Shown: piece after piece, positions 19,529 through 30,325 of the stretch
Numbering within the stretch: the stretch's first letter is position 1
Layout of the letters: the number at the start of each line of letters is the position of its first letter
From: a virus
DNA: 64,000 nt
Direction: 5' to 3' (one strand)
Virus record (IMG/VR): IMGVR_UViG_3300006802_000087
Span: 1-64,000 of that record
Made by a program: the position numbers and the translations under genes
The notes under the pieces: model-generated
Told to the model about the DNA's origin: nothing
What the model saw: only the letters and a program-made list of their open reading frames with translations
The model's database searches: none

Positions 19529-20965
19529 ATGAAAATAACAAGAAGACAATTAAGAAGATTAATAAATGAAACAATGTTACAGCCAACTTTCTTTTTAAAT
19601 ATGAAAGCGCGCCAAGAGTTTCTACCTAAGATCGTAGCAGATCCGAATGTACACCCAAAGATTAAGGATCTGCTAAAGAGTGGAGAAGAATCACAGACCA
19701 ATCAAGGTGTAGAACTTTTGAAGTCTTTGAATCCCGAGTACATAGAAGAATTAGAATCTTATGAGTCACACCAAGATTCAATAGAATACGATAGAGAATT
19801 TGAAGACCAACGAGACAATCTGTTTTTTACCCGCATAAAGAGTATCGTTGACAAATATAAGTATGACATGGGCATTCCACTTAAGTCGGATATTTTAACG
19901 GTTGAAAACATATCCAAAGATACAGCAGCAGGTAGTTATACTGATCGTTCCAGTGGGCGTCGTGCAAAAAGGTTTACGCACAAAAGACTTCACGGTGCAG
20001 CAATTTATGCTACTGACAAAGCGACGCTTGAGCGAATAGCGCGAGAGCTAGACTCAGAAAAAGACATGGGTGGAGAACAGGCATACCATGGTGTTGGCGG
20101 AGCAGGCCAACCTCTACTTCCTTACATAAACGATTATTATCTGACAGCACTTGATTCAAATCTTAAATATAAAAATGAAATGCACAAGAAGGGAAAGTAT
20201 GAGTTAAAAGTTTTTCCAGCTACTCCTGATCAAAGAATATATAAGCAACCGACACATCGCAAACTAAATGTGAGTATGTATGAGACGAAAATAAAAAGAA
20301 GACAATTAAGAAAATTAATATCAGAGTTTTTACATGAGAACACAAACACACAAAGATATCAAAACACTCCGTTAAGATCAAGAACTGTAGATAGTTTAAT
20401 TAAAGACATTGAAATCGCTAAAAAAGAGTTTGGTAAAGTTAAGAAGCAAGATGGAAAGCATAGTTTATTTGACCTGGCTATGACAATGTTAGTTACAAGT
20501 GACACTTCTTATAGTAAAGGCGGCGGTGAAGGAAAAATGATAATAAATTTTGGTACCAGCTCAAGTACTCCAAGAAAAGTAGTAGCTCAGTTAGTTAAAT
20601 ATCAAGATAAAAATGGAAAAGAGTTCGAATCAATTGGCGTAAGGGATTTTAAATCAAACAAAGACTATGAGTTAGTCGACTTAAATAAATCTGGCCCTTA
20701 TATAGATATACTGTTTGGTATTGACGGTTTACAAACAGTTTTTAAAGATAAAGGTAGATATACTAAAGTTTATAATCATCTATACAAAGAGTTTGAAAGA
20801 AACAATATTGAACCAAAACAGTTTGAAACGCCTGGTGAAAAATTTAGAAGAGAAAAAGAAGCAAATTTTGTTAAAGACAAGGATTATTATCTAGGTAAAA
20901 ATCCCCATAAAAGACCGTGGTATTTAAAAACAGGAATTCCGGATGGTGTGACAGACCTGTTTTGA
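19529..20965 (+). CDS. Tagged protein with a second internal tag
   Basis: MKITRRQLRRLINE and internal KIKRRQLRKLISEFLHE. Confidence 0.75.
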   Translation: MKITRRQLRRLINETMLQPTFFLNMKARQEFLPKIVADPNVHPKIKDLLKSGEESQTNQGVELLKSLNPEYIEELESYESHQDSIEYDREFEDQRDNLFFTRIKSIVDKYKYDMGIPLKSDILTVENISKDTAAGSYTDRSSGRRAKRFTHKRLHGAAIYATDKATLERIARELDSEKDMGGEQAYHGVGGAGQPLLPYINDYYLTALDSNLKYKNEMHKKGKYELKVFPATPDQRIYKQPTHRKLNVSMYETKIKRRQLRKLISEFLHENTNTQRYQNTPLRSRTVDSLIKDIEIAKKEFGKVKKQDGKHSLFDLAMTMLVTSDTSYSKGGGEGKMIINFGTSSSTPRKVVAQLVKYQDKNGKEFESIGVRDFKSNKDYELVDLNKSGPYIDILFGIDGLQTVFKDKGRYTKVYNHLYKEFERNNIEPKQFETPGEKFRREKEANFVKDKDYYLGKNPHKRPWYLKTGIPDGVTDLF

Positions 20966-21006
20966 TCTGTAAATCAAATTAAAAAATAGAATACAAAGAG
21001 ATAAAA

Positions 21007-21438
21007 ATGAAAATAACAAGAAAACAATTAAAAAAATTAATATCAGAGGCATATCAGCCCCCTATGGGCAGATCAGTTAGCGGAATTGCAAAGATTGACA
21101 TGCAACCAGGTAGAGGATATGTTATTGAAGATAAACATGGAAATATTACAGAAACTGATAATCCTGTTATGATCTTAAATGAGCTTATGAGTCAAGGACA
21201 TGATAGAGTATACGATAAAATGACAGAAGAGGTTGAAGATATTGAGACATATATCGAACAACTTGAAATGTTTATGGGAGACTTTGTAGAATATAGAGAT
21301 ACGGATGTCGATCCTTTGCTTGCTCATGACCCGCTAGATATTATGTCAAGAGACTTTGACAAAGATTATGATGTTGACTTGGATGTTTTCGATGAAGAGA
21401 GTGAAGAAGAATCTAGTTTTGACGATGATTGGATATAA
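21007..21438 (+). CDS. Tagged acidic protein
   Basis: MKITRKQLKKLISE. Confidence 0.75.
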   Translation: MKITRKQLKKLISEAYQPPMGRSVSGIAKIDMQPGRGYVIEDKHGNITETDNPVMILNELMSQGHDRVYDKMTEEVEDIETYIEQLEMFMGDFVEYRDTDVDPLLAHDPLDIMSRDFDKDYDVDLDVFDEESEEESSFDDDWI

Positions 21439-21450
21439 GAGATTAATGCA

Positions 21451-21936
21451 ATGAAAATAACAAGACGACAATTAAAAAAAATATTAATGAGAGAGTTTAG
21501 AGACACAGGATCGTATCGTAACTTTGACTTTGGATCATCATCAGGCGGAGGACAAATACCTCCTACACAACCGCCTAACGGCGGCGGTGGCGGAGGTGAT
21601 GACGGTGGAGGCTTCGGAGGTTTCAGCGGAAGAAATAACAATCCTTGTGGGTTTGGAAGCCCAAAAGGTGATTACTATTACGATTTAGTATTTAATACTT
21701 TTGGTTCGTGGATGTCATCTAATATGAAGACTAATCCAAATGATAATGAATACGATAACTACTTAAGTCATTTAAAGCGGATATATCCAGAATTCACAAT
21801 GGATATGGTTTCTAATGAGTATAATGAATTTTTTGAATTAATCATGACAGCAATTGCTGAATATGCATGTGCAAATAATATTGAAGATGTTGAATCAATA
21901 TACTTTAATCCTATCCCTGCAATATTAGATTTTTAA
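21451..21936 (+). CDS. Tagged protein with Gly/Pro-rich linker
   Basis: MKITRRQLKKILMRE; PPNGGGGGGDDGGG. Confidence 0.72.
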   Translation: MKITRRQLKKILMREFRDTGSYRNFDFGSSSGGGQIPPTQPPNGGGGGGDDGGGFGGFSGRNNNPCGFGSPKGDYYYDLVFNTFGSWMSSNMKTNPNDNEYDNYLSHLKRIYPEFTMDMVSNEYNEFFELIMTAIAEYACANNIEDVESIYFNPIPAILDF

Positions 21937-21993
21937 CTTTAATTTGTAAATTTTATAAAATTATCTATAATAAACTATTGAAGGAGTTAATAA

Positions 21994-22413
21994 ATGACCA
22001 GTGCGGCAGGGATAATAATTATTAGAAACGTTAATAATCACCCAGAATTCTTAGGATTAATAGCATTAAAAAAAGATAGAAAAAGAGTTGGTGGGACATA
22101 TGATATTCCGAAAGGCCATGTTGAATCAGGAGAAGATCTTTTAGAAGCAGCTAAAAGAGAATGTTTTGAAGAGTGTGGTTTAAACCCAAAAATTATTAGT
22201 GAACCATATTCAAATGGAAAAATAACTGTGTGGCTAGGAATAGTTGATGAAGAAGATGAAGTTATAATAAAAACAAATCCTGGAACAGGATTGCTAGAAC
22301 ATGAAGGTTATGTGTGGTTAATACCAGAAGATATGAGACGTAACTGTTTAAGTTATTTACTAGATCATATCCGATGGGCTGAAAAAAGAGCATGGGAATA
22401 TTTTAAATTATGA
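21994..22413 (+). CDS. NUDIX hydrolase
   Basis: Nudix box PKGHVESGEDLLEAAKRECFEECGL. Confidence 0.92.
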   Translation: MTSAAGIIIIRNVNNHPEFLGLIALKKDRKRVGGTYDIPKGHVESGEDLLEAAKRECFEECGLNPKIISEPYSNGKITVWLGIVDEEDEVIIKTNPGTGLLEHEGYVWLIPEDMRRNCLSYLLDHIRWAEKRAWEYFKL

Positions 22414-22784
22414 AAATTACTAGAAGGCAATTAAGAAAGATAATAAGCGAAAACTTTAAAGGAAGCAAATTTACTGATGAAATAGGTCGATATTTTAGTG
22501 TTGAAAAAGCTGTGTCATTCGCAGAAAAAAATAAAGATAAATATTTTATTCCTAATTTTCCAGTAGAGAATATTAAGCATGATTTAAAATACTGGCAAGG
22601 CGATGAAAAAAGAATGATGAATGCTGACACTAGTTTTCCTTTATTAGTAATTATAGAAAATGGATGTCTAAGCGTAGCAGATGGCTTAAACAGGCTTTAT
22701 AAAGCAGTCAACGTGGAAGAAAAAGAAACCATAGATGTGTACATTGTACCTAAAGAAGAACTGTTGGAGTTTGAAATAGAATGA
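22410..22784 (+). CDS. Tagged ParB/Srx-like domain protein
   Basis: MKITRRQLRKIISE; ADTSFPLLV...VADGLNRLYKA. Confidence 0.65.
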   Translation: MKITRRQLRKIISENFKGSKFTDEIGRYFSVEKAVSFAEKNKDKYFIPNFPVENIKHDLKYWQGDEKRMMNADTSFPLLVIIENGCLSVADGLNRLYKAVNVEEKETIDVYIVPKEELLEFEIE

Positions 22785-23632
22785 AGATCACAGGAAGCAC
22801 ACCGTTAATCGCAATTGACGATGATGGACGAATTTGGGCAAAGTTAGAAACTCATAACAGAACCGGTTCTGTTAAAGACAGAATGATAGAATATATTTGC
22901 GATCGTGCATTAGCAGAAGATAAAATTATTCCTGGAGAAACCAAACTGATTGAGGCTACTAGTGGTAATACCGGAATCGCATTAGCTTCTTATGCTGCTT
23001 CTATAAATTGTCAGTGTGAGATTATCATGCCTTGCAATATGTCTCAGAAACGAAAAGACATGATGAAGGCATACGGCGCAGAAATAATTGAAGTTGGACC
23101 TAATGAATTCCAAAAAGCAATAGAATTAAGAGATAATAGATTAAACGAGTTTAATTCTAGTTATTTTTCACCCTTACAATTTAGTAACCCATTAAATGTT
23201 GAGTGCCATTACACCACAACAGCACCAGAAATCCACAGTAATATAAAAGAAACACATTTAAATTGGCATACTTTTGTACATGGCGCAGGAACAGGTGGTA
23301 CAATGATGGGAATAAAACAGTATATTGACAACAAAGGATTAAAAGTTAAATGTGTTTTAACACAACCTGTTGAAGATAATGCAACACACGGTATCCAGGG
23401 AATTAATGACGGAGCAGATTTTTTACTTGATAGAAATTTAATGGATGAAACTATTTCTATTAAAACAGAAGATGCTATTTTAAGAATGAAGAGATTTTGG
23501 AAAGAGAGCGGAATACTTATAGGTATTAGCAGCGGTGCAAATATTTTAGCTGCTGAAAAGTATGTTGAAAAATATGACCCGAAAGGTGTCGTAGTAACCA
23601 TACTTTGTGACAGAGGAGAGCGATATTTATGA
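22781..23632 (+). CDS. cysK: PLP-dependent cysteine synthase (CysK/CysM family)
   Basis: AKLETHNRTGSVKDR, EATSGNTG, GAGTGGT, GISSGAN, CDRGERYL. Confidence 0.9.
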   Translation: MKITGSTPLIAIDDDGRIWAKLETHNRTGSVKDRMIEYICDRALAEDKIIPGETKLIEATSGNTGIALASYAASINCQCEIIMPCNMSQKRKDMMKAYGAEIIEVGPNEFQKAIELRDNRLNEFNSSYFSPLQFSNPLNVECHYTTTAPEIHSNIKETHLNWHTFVHGAGTGGTMMGIKQYIDNKGLKVKCVLTQPVEDNATHGIQGINDGADFLLDRNLMDETISIKTEDAILRMKRFWKESGILIGISSGANILAAEKYVEKYDPKGVVVTILCDRGERYL

Positions 23633-24636
23633 GTAGAGTAACAGTAATGATTGGCGCAATGAAGCCAATGACAGCAGGCCATTATCGTCTTATTACAGAG
23701 GCAGTTTCTGATTCACAATGCCCAGAAGGAGAAACGCCTGCCAATGAAACTTATGTTTTGGTTTCCATGCAAGATCGCATTAAAAAGAATGAATTCCCAG
23801 TTCGTGGAGAAACAGCACTATCAGCACTTAGAGACATCTATATGGATCCACAAGCAGCTCTTTTTCAATTTGGTGAAGACAAGTATGTTAAATTAGTTTT
23901 TTGCCACTCCCAAAAATTTGGAAAAGAAAATCCAGAAAGAGTGGCTGAAATGAGAGAAATTATTTCAGGTATTCGTGAATCATTAGGTTCTCGAGGTTTG
24001 ACAAATGTATCTGTTGATGTTGAAGAAGTTAGAAGCGGACCTCCTGATGTACTTATGGGTTTAGCTGAGTCTAGACCGGAAGATCATTTTATTCTATATA
24101 CAGGTGATGATGATCTTAAAAAATATCAGTATTTTAAAAAATACGCAACCAACGTTGACTTTGCTGGGTTTGAAAGATTCGAAGGCGGCATGTCAGGTAC
24201 TGAAGTACGTTCACTTTTTCAAACAGATTCTGATACTGAAGGTTTTGACACAGATAGATTTGGATCTGCTTTCCCTCAAGGAGTTGACGTATCTAGAGTA
24301 AGACAAAGATATAGAACAGATGCAGGGTTAGACCCCCTCAAAGAAATTAAAAGAGCAGACAAAGGTACACCTGACTATTCTAGATATTTACAAGAAATGA
24401 TCGATGAATTACAACACATTAAAGTCTCATATAATTCTAGAAAAAAAGAGGGAAAGCAATATAGAAAAGAAGCTTCACTAATCCAAAATACAATTTCAGA
24501 ATTAAAGAGACAAAAAAGAAAAAACGATAGATTGAATGAAATTGAAAATGACAATACATTAAATGAAAACAAAGGTATTGACGATCGTCAAGTTTTAAAA
24601 GAATGGTTTAAAAGACTTTATAAAAACTCATACTAA
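23629..24636 (+). CDS. Cytidylyltransferase-like (HIGH-class) nucleotidyltransferase
   Basis: GAMKPMTAGH, YTGDDD, MSGTEVR. Confidence 0.7.
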   Translation: MSRVTVMIGAMKPMTAGHYRLITEAVSDSQCPEGETPANETYVLVSMQDRIKKNEFPVRGETALSALRDIYMDPQAALFQFGEDKYVKLVFCHSQKFGKENPERVAEMREIISGIRESLGSRGLTNVSVDVEEVRSGPPDVLMGLAESRPEDHFILYTGDDDLKKYQYFKKYATNVDFAGFERFEGGMSGTEVRSLFQTDSDTEGFDTDRFGSAFPQGVDVSRVRQRYRTDAGLDPLKEIKRADKGTPDYSRYLQEMIDELQHIKVSYNSRKKEGKQYRKEASLIQNTISELKRQKRKNDRLNEIENDNTLNENKGIDDRQVLKEWFKRLYKNSY

Positions 24637-24669
24637 GTTGTTATAATACTAAAAGACAAAGGAGGCTCT

Positions 24670-25161
24670 ATGTCACTAGTTATTAATGATACAGCTTATT
24701 GGAAAGATGCTGACGGGAAAGAGCACGATGACCAATTCATTAAAAAAGAAATTAAAGACTATGTTGCAAGAGGTGGAAAGATATTTGTGGGTTCTGACAG
24801 TATGCTTTTTCCTAATAAGTGCAATTTTGCTGCAGTGATTGCATTTCACGATAGAGATTTAAACATTGCTAGGTATTATTTTAAAAAGATAAAAGCTCAG
24901 TCTAAAAAGTATAGAGAGCTTCAAAAAAAGATATTAGAAGAAGTTTCTCTAGCAATTCAAACTGCTCAGTTTGTTTTAGAAATATGCCCCGAAGCAGATA
25001 TCGAATTACACATTGACATAGGCACAAAAAAGAAAAACGAGACTGCAAAGTTTTTTAAAATGATCAAAGGCTGGGTAACTGGAACTGGGTTTGATTTAAG
25101 GGTCAAACCAAACAGTTGGGCGTCTAGTTTAGCAGACGGTCACACAAAAGGAAAAAGATGA
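24670..25161 (+). CDS. RNase H-like YkuK family protein
   Basis: IFVGSDS, EEVSLAI, ELHIDIG, KPNSWASSLAD. Confidence 0.82.
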   Translation: MSLVINDTAYWKDADGKEHDDQFIKKEIKDYVARGGKIFVGSDSMLFPNKCNFAAVIAFHDRDLNIARYYFKKIKAQSKKYRELQKKILEEVSLAIQTAQFVLEICPEADIELHIDIGTKKKNETAKFFKMIKGWVTGTGFDLRVKPNSWASSLADGHTKGKR

Positions 25162-25577
25162 CAATATCAATTAAAAAAAATAAAAATTATCAGAATTCAT
25201 ATGGAAAACTATTCAAGACGATGGGGATAACAGGGACTTTATTAGGTACACCCTTAGGAGACAATGATAAGACAAATCAACTATTCGAAGAGATCGTTAA
25301 AGAAACAATTCAGAGAATTATTTGTGATAAACTTTTGCTGATATCTCCAAGAGCTATTAAGAGATTAGACTATTTTCCTACATACTTTTTAGAAAATGGA
25401 CAAAAGAAAATCAAGTCTATCAGAGTCAAAAAGAGAGTCTGGAAATCCTTTGTAGAAATATCTAGCGAAGACATTAAAAAATCAGGAATTAAAGGCGAAG
25501 AATTTATTAATTTTTTAAAAAACAAAAGATGTAGAAAAGTAAAAATAGATAACGATAAATTTGAAAATATCATTTAG
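25158..25577 (+). CDS. Hypothetical basic protein
   Basis: 139 aa ORF, ATGA overlap. Confidence 0.55.
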   Translation: MTISIKKNKNYQNSYGKLFKTMGITGTLLGTPLGDNDKTNQLFEEIVKETIQRIICDKLLLISPRAIKRLDYFPTYFLENGQKKIKSIRVKKRVWKSFVEISSEDIKKSGIKGEEFINFLKNKRCRKVKIDNDKFENII

Positions 25578-25609
25578 TTATTGTATACTTTCTTTACCCA
25601 GGAGGATAA

Positions 25610-27241
25610 ATGAAAGATTATGATATGTTTTTTCCCTACGTTAAACCTAGAAAAGAACAGCGAGATGCAATTGAGTTCGCAATCAAAGCAATTAAAGATA
25701 GTGACAAACGATTTGTGATTGTTGAAGCCGGTACAGGAGTAGGTAAGTCAGCTATTGGATTAACACTTTCTCGTTACCTAGCAAATAATATTCCTGATAG
25801 TGAAGGCTATGATCAAGGTGGTTATTTTTTAACAACACAAAAAATTCTGCAAAAACAATATGAGAAAGACTTTGGTGGAAGTAAAGGTGAGATGAAATCA
25901 ATATACTCATCTTCAAACTACAAATGTAAGTTTTATCCTCAAAACGATTGTAGAACTACGCATGAAATGATGCGATCGCTAGATGCATCAAAAAATAAAG
26001 CGTTATTCAAGTGTTGTGGCGGTGGTTGCACCTATAAAATTGCAAAGAAAAACTTTCTCGAGTCAAAGGAATCAGTAACAAATTTTCCATATTTTTTGAC
26101 AGAAGCAACTTTTAGTGGTGGAATTACTCCTAGAAAAGTTTTGGTTATCGATGAGGCTCATAATACAGAATCAGTCCTAAGTAGTTTTGTTGAAGTATCT
26201 GTAAGTCAATACTTTGCTGAAAGAGTTGTCAAGTGTAAATGGCCTGATAAAGTAACATCAGTAAACTTTGTTAAGTGGATAGAGAACGTATATCATCCTA
26301 AATTACAATCACAAATTATGTTCTTTGAGAAACAGATTGAAGATCTTGGGATTAAAGATAAAATTAAAGATATGGCAAATATTTCTAAAAAATATGATAT
26401 GATGAAAAGTCATTCAGATAAGTTAGATAAGTTTTTAAAAGACTACGATAAAGATAACTGGGTTATGGAGAAACAAGAAACAGAAAAGCGAGGCTCTATA
26501 AAGGTTGTTTATAGAGCAATTGATATATCAAACTATGCTGAAGAGTACTTGTTTAGACTCGGGCAAAAAATTGTTTTGATGTCTGCTACGATTTTAAATG
26601 CCGATGCATTCGCAACTTCGCTAGGTATTCCAAAAGACCAGTATGAATCAATCAGCATTCCTTCACCTTTCCCAAAAGAAAACCGTCCTATTATTAATGC
26701 ATCAGTAGGAAGCATGAGTGCAAAAGCTATTGAAGGTACGCTCCCTCAACTTAAAGAAGCAGTTAAAGCAATCATGGAAGAACACGGAAAAGAAAAAGGA
26801 ATTATTCATTGTCACACTTATCGAATTGCAAATTATCTAAAAAAGAACATTAAAGGAAAGTTAGGAAAGAGAATTCTTATACACGATAGTAGTAACAGAG
26901 ATAACATTCTTAAAAAACATATGACTTCAAAAGAGCCGACTGTATTGTTATCGCCGTCCATGACAGAGGGCGTAGATCTCAAGGGCGACTTAAGTCGTTT
27001 CCAGGTTATTTGCAAAGTTCCTTATCCTTGGTTAGGTGATCCAATTGTGAAAAAACGTATGCATAAGTTTCCTGATTGGTACCCGCTTAAGACTGCCATG
27101 ACTATAGTCCAATCAGTAGGTAGAAGTATTAGAAACAGCGAAGACACAGCTGTGACTTATATACTTGATAGTGACTGGCAAAACTTCTATAACAAAAACA
27201 AAAGATTATTCTGCGAAGATTTTAAAAGATTGATTGTATAA
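25610..27241 (+). CDS. DinG/XPD-family SF2 helicase
   Basis: EAGTGVGKS, Cys cluster, DEAH, MSAT, EGVD, QSVGRSIR. Confidence 0.92.
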   Translation: MKDYDMFFPYVKPRKEQRDAIEFAIKAIKDSDKRFVIVEAGTGVGKSAIGLTLSRYLANNIPDSEGYDQGGYFLTTQKILQKQYEKDFGGSKGEMKSIYSSSNYKCKFYPQNDCRTTHEMMRSLDASKNKALFKCCGGGCTYKIAKKNFLESKESVTNFPYFLTEATFSGGITPRKVLVIDEAHNTESVLSSFVEVSVSQYFAERVVKCKWPDKVTSVNFVKWIENVYHPKLQSQIMFFEKQIEDLGIKDKIKDMANISKKYDMMKSHSDKLDKFLKDYDKDNWVMEKQETEKRGSIKVVYRAIDISNYAEEYLFRLGQKIVLMSATILNADAFATSLGIPKDQYESISIPSPFPKENRPIINASVGSMSAKAIEGTLPQLKEAVKAIMEEHGKEKGIIHCHTYRIANYLKKNIKGKLGKRILIHDSSNRDNILKKHMTSKEPTVLLSPSMTEGVDLKGDLSRFQVICKVPYPWLGDPIVKKRMHKFPDWYPLKTAMTIVQSVGRSIRNSEDTAVTYILDSDWQNFYNKNKRLFCEDFKRLIV

Positions 27242-27265
27242 TTATATCTTATTAAGGAAGTTACA

Positions 27266-28108
27266 ATGAAAATATCTAAACGCAGTTTAAGTATCTTAAT
27301 AGAACAATTTCTCTTTGAAGACGAAGATAGATTTAACTTTGGAACAGGAAAAGAAGTACCTTCAGCGAAAGGAGCTATGGGTGCTTTATACTTCATGAAA
27401 AATCAGTTTCAAGACGGAACAAACTATCTCTTAATGGATAATGAAAGCCTTTATTCACTAGCAGGTGGAGTTAGTAACAAAGAAAATATAAATGAGATGA
27501 GTAGCTTTATGCACAATATGCTTTTCTTAATTTGTTTGAGTGTGATGTCACAAAACAAAATATCAAAACAAGATATTAGAAGAACAGTTGTTATTACTAG
27601 TCTGGAAAGATCAGCAGAAGCTCAATTACAAGCGATGAAAAATAAAGTTAAAATAGCCAAAGATAACGGTCAAGATCCAATTGAAACTGTTGGAAATTTA
27701 TATTCTCCAGAAGGAGATACCAGCATGACTCAAGCAGGATTTGAAAATGCAAAAAAAATTATAAGTTTAATTGATCAGGGCGATGATGAGCAAGCGTTAA
27801 GTCTGCTTTCTCAAACACCTGTTTCTCCACATGCTTCAAACAATGCTTTCGATTTTAGAAGCGAAGGAGGTAGAGGGGAAAAAATTGTAAATGCTATTGA
27901 AAACTTAAAGAAAAACGGTGTTTTTAATCAAAACTTAAACTATAAAGTAGAAGATAAAGGAACAAGAAATCAGCATATACACGTTGCCGCAATTAGTGAC
28001 CCGATCACAGAAAAAGGAAAAAATATTTTGGCAAAGCTTAGAGAAGCAAAAAATGAAGCTGCTGCTGAAAATGCATTTAAATACATGGAAAAAGTAGGCG
28101 CAATTTAA
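27266..28108 (+). CDS. Tagged M15-like zinc peptidase (probable peptidoglycan hydrolase)
   Basis: MKISKRSLSILIEQFLFE; ITSLERSAEAQ, SPHASNNAFDF, HIHV. Confidence 0.68.
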   Translation: MKISKRSLSILIEQFLFEDEDRFNFGTGKEVPSAKGAMGALYFMKNQFQDGTNYLLMDNESLYSLAGGVSNKENINEMSSFMHNMLFLICLSVMSQNKISKQDIRRTVVITSLERSAEAQLQAMKNKVKIAKDNGQDPIETVGNLYSPEGDTSMTQAGFENAKKIISLIDQGDDEQALSLLSQTPVSPHASNNAFDFRSEGGRGEKIVNAIENLKKNGVFNQNLNYKVEDKGTRNQHIHVAAISDPITEKGKNILAKLREAKNEAAAENAFKYMEKVGAI

Positions 28109-28369
28109 AATTATGTAACCCTTAAATATTTTTGTTATAATAAAAATATAGCAGGAGGCAATATGAAAAATAAGATTTTAACAGCAATAATTTTAATCCC
28201 AATACTTTTTTTAGGTTACACAGCTAATTTTTTGTATAAACTAGAAACAGGTAAGCTTCCTCCAGAAGTAGCTAGTGAGTATATCATCACAATACCTACT
28301 GACTGCACGAACAGCCAGTTCCAAAAAAATCTTTCTAAAAAGAAAGAAGAAAAATTAATGTAGGAAAAT

Positions 28370-28579
28370 ATGTCAAATAATATTCGCCCGGGTGATAAAG
28401 TATATATGACTCATCATATGAGTAACAAAGGAATTGTCACAGAAGTTTTTTACAGACCAATTAGTGCAAATATTGGTCCGGGTACGCTGTCAAAACAAAT
28501 GTGGGTAAGATTTCAAAGTCAATTAACAGGTGAAATTGTAACAGCAAAAAGACAAGACGTCACAAAAGATATTACATAA
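28370..28579 (+). CDS. Small SH3/KOW-like protein
   Basis: IRPGDKVYM...KGIVTEV. Confidence 0.55.
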   Translation: MSNNIRPGDKVYMTHHMSNKGIVTEVFYRPISANIGPGTLSKQMWVRFQSQLTGEIVTAKRQDVTKDIT

Positions 28580-28632
28580 ATTTTGAAGATTACACTATGA
28601 CGATATAATTAGTATTATTAGTTGAGTAGTGT

Positions 28633-28872
28633 ATGAGTAAAAAGAAAAACAGCGCAATTAAAGATTTATATTTAGATCGTCCTACATCTCACGGTGGTTG
28701 GCCTAAAGGTCACGATGGATCTTATAGAGACAACAAAACACCCGTCAATAAACAGATCGCTGATTATCTTAAAGCGATGGGCCTTATTGATGACTCGAAT
28801 GAAAGAGCAAGACTGTCTGAGACAAGATTAAGGCAAATGATACGCCAATCAATTAGGAGACTTTTAAAATGA
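28633..28872 (+). CDS. Small protein with C-terminal tag-like helix
   Basis: LDRPTSHGGWP; ends LSETRLRQMIRQSIRRLLK. Confidence 0.65.
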   Translation: MSKKKNSAIKDLYLDRPTSHGGWPKGHDGSYRDNKTPVNKQIADYLKAMGLIDDSNERARLSETRLRQMIRQSIRRLLK

Positions 28873-29089
28873 CTTCTAATATTAACGAGAGATTTGAGAG
28901 ACTAAAAGAATTGCGTGAAACTCTTTGCAAAAAAAATGAAAAATGGAACGAAGTATTTGACTTGAGAGACTGGTTAATTAATAATCTTAGAGAAGTCATA
29001 GAGCAATCTAAATCTGATCTTGTTAAAAAAGAAGACATAATTAACAAGCTTGAAGATTTGATATGCGTTGTTGAACCCGAGGAATAAAA

Positions 29090-30325
29090 ATGAAAAATAC
29101 TATATACTACGATAGCTTAATTCCTATATATAGAAAACAAATCATGCTTGAACAAAGAGGCACTTCTTTAGTACAAGAAGGCGTTTTTATTGAGGCAGGA
29201 AAAGTATTTTTAGAAGATGCAATTAAAAATTTAATGGCATCTGGCGCTGTTGTTCTAACTGGAGGATTGCCTGCTGATACTGTTGTAGAAATAATGTATG
29301 CAATTGAAAGAACAAAATCGGCAATTGACATGTACAATGGTATTATTAATGCAAAAGACAATAGCAAAATTCATATGATAAACTTTATGAATGCAATGGA
29401 TCACGCTATTCTAGAAAACAACATAAAAGAGTTGACAAGGATCGGTATTAATACAGCAATTAATTTAAGCAGAGAGTTAGACACGATTGCAGGGGAAGGC
29501 ACCTCAGGTGATATCGCACATGATGTAAAAGTCATAATTGATGATTTAAGAAAAGATTTTTTAGAGTTTTTTAAAGTTAAATTAGCAGCTTTAGCAGACT
29601 GGGTTTCTGCATTTATTCCTGATGATGGCGGAAATATAAGTGCTTTTTTAAAGATAACGATGTTTTCAATTATCGAAGATGCATCTAAGTACCCATTACA
29701 AACTTTTATTGATTTGACTAAGCATCTACCGGGTGAAGGTTCAAAAATAATTTTTGATGAAGCTAAGCTTGAATCTTTTTTAATTAATCTTTGCAATCAA
29801 GTTGCTGACGGAATAGAAGACATGCGAGGTGGTAAGATCGATCAAGGAATTGATTATTTAAAAGATTATACTAAACAAGCATACGATTATATGCCTGATT
29901 GGGTTGCTGACACAAATAAAAAATACGGTTTAGCTTCGCAAAAGCTAGCTAATAGATTTGCAGGTGAAGATTCAAGCCTCGGAAAGGCTTCTAGGGCTTT
30001 CTTTGATCCGATATATAGAATAGACACCGCTGATGAACTTTTTGATAAAACAATTGATGAATTCCCAAACTATATTAGAAATGAATTAATTCCAAATATC
30101 GGAGATGCTGTTGATATATACGCTAAGTTTATGAAATATACTATTGCTTTTCTTGGTTTGCTTGAAGCAACAACGACAGGTACGCTAGAAAAAACTTTTA
30201 GATTAAACCAGGATTTATCTAACACTCCAAAACCATTAGCTTTAGACATGACTTATGATGATGCGCTAATGACTGAAATTAGAAAATCTTTAAGAGGACA
30301 ATCAAGCCGCCGGAGGCTTAGATGA
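29090..30325 (+). CDS. Large helical hypothetical protein
   Basis: 411 aa ORF; C-terminal MTEIRKSLRGQSSRRRLR. Confidence 0.7.
   Translation: MKNTIYYDSLIPIYRKQIMLEQRGTSLVQEGVFIEAGKVFLEDAIKNLMASGAVVLTGGLPADTVVEIMYAIERTKSAIDMYNGIINAKDNSKIHMINFMNAMDHAILENNIKELTRIGINTAINLSRELDTIAGEGTSGDIAHDVKVIIDDLRKDFLEFFKVKLAALADWVSAFIPDDGGNISAFLKITMFSIIEDASKYPLQTFIDLTKHLPGEGSKIIFDEAKLESFLINLCNQVADGIEDMRGGKIDQGIDYLKDYTKQAYDYMPDWVADTNKKYGLASQKLANRFAGEDSSLGKASRAFFDPIYRIDTADELFDKTIDEFPNYIRNELIPNIGDAVDIYAKFMKYTIAFLGLLEATTTGTLEKTFRLNQDLSNTPKPLALDMTYDDALMTEIRKSLRGQSSRRRLR

Noticed and set aside
22781-22800. MKIT start of cysteine synthase as a targeting tag
   Set aside because: It continues GSTPL, the normal CysK N-terminal motif, with no basic amphipathic helix or E site.
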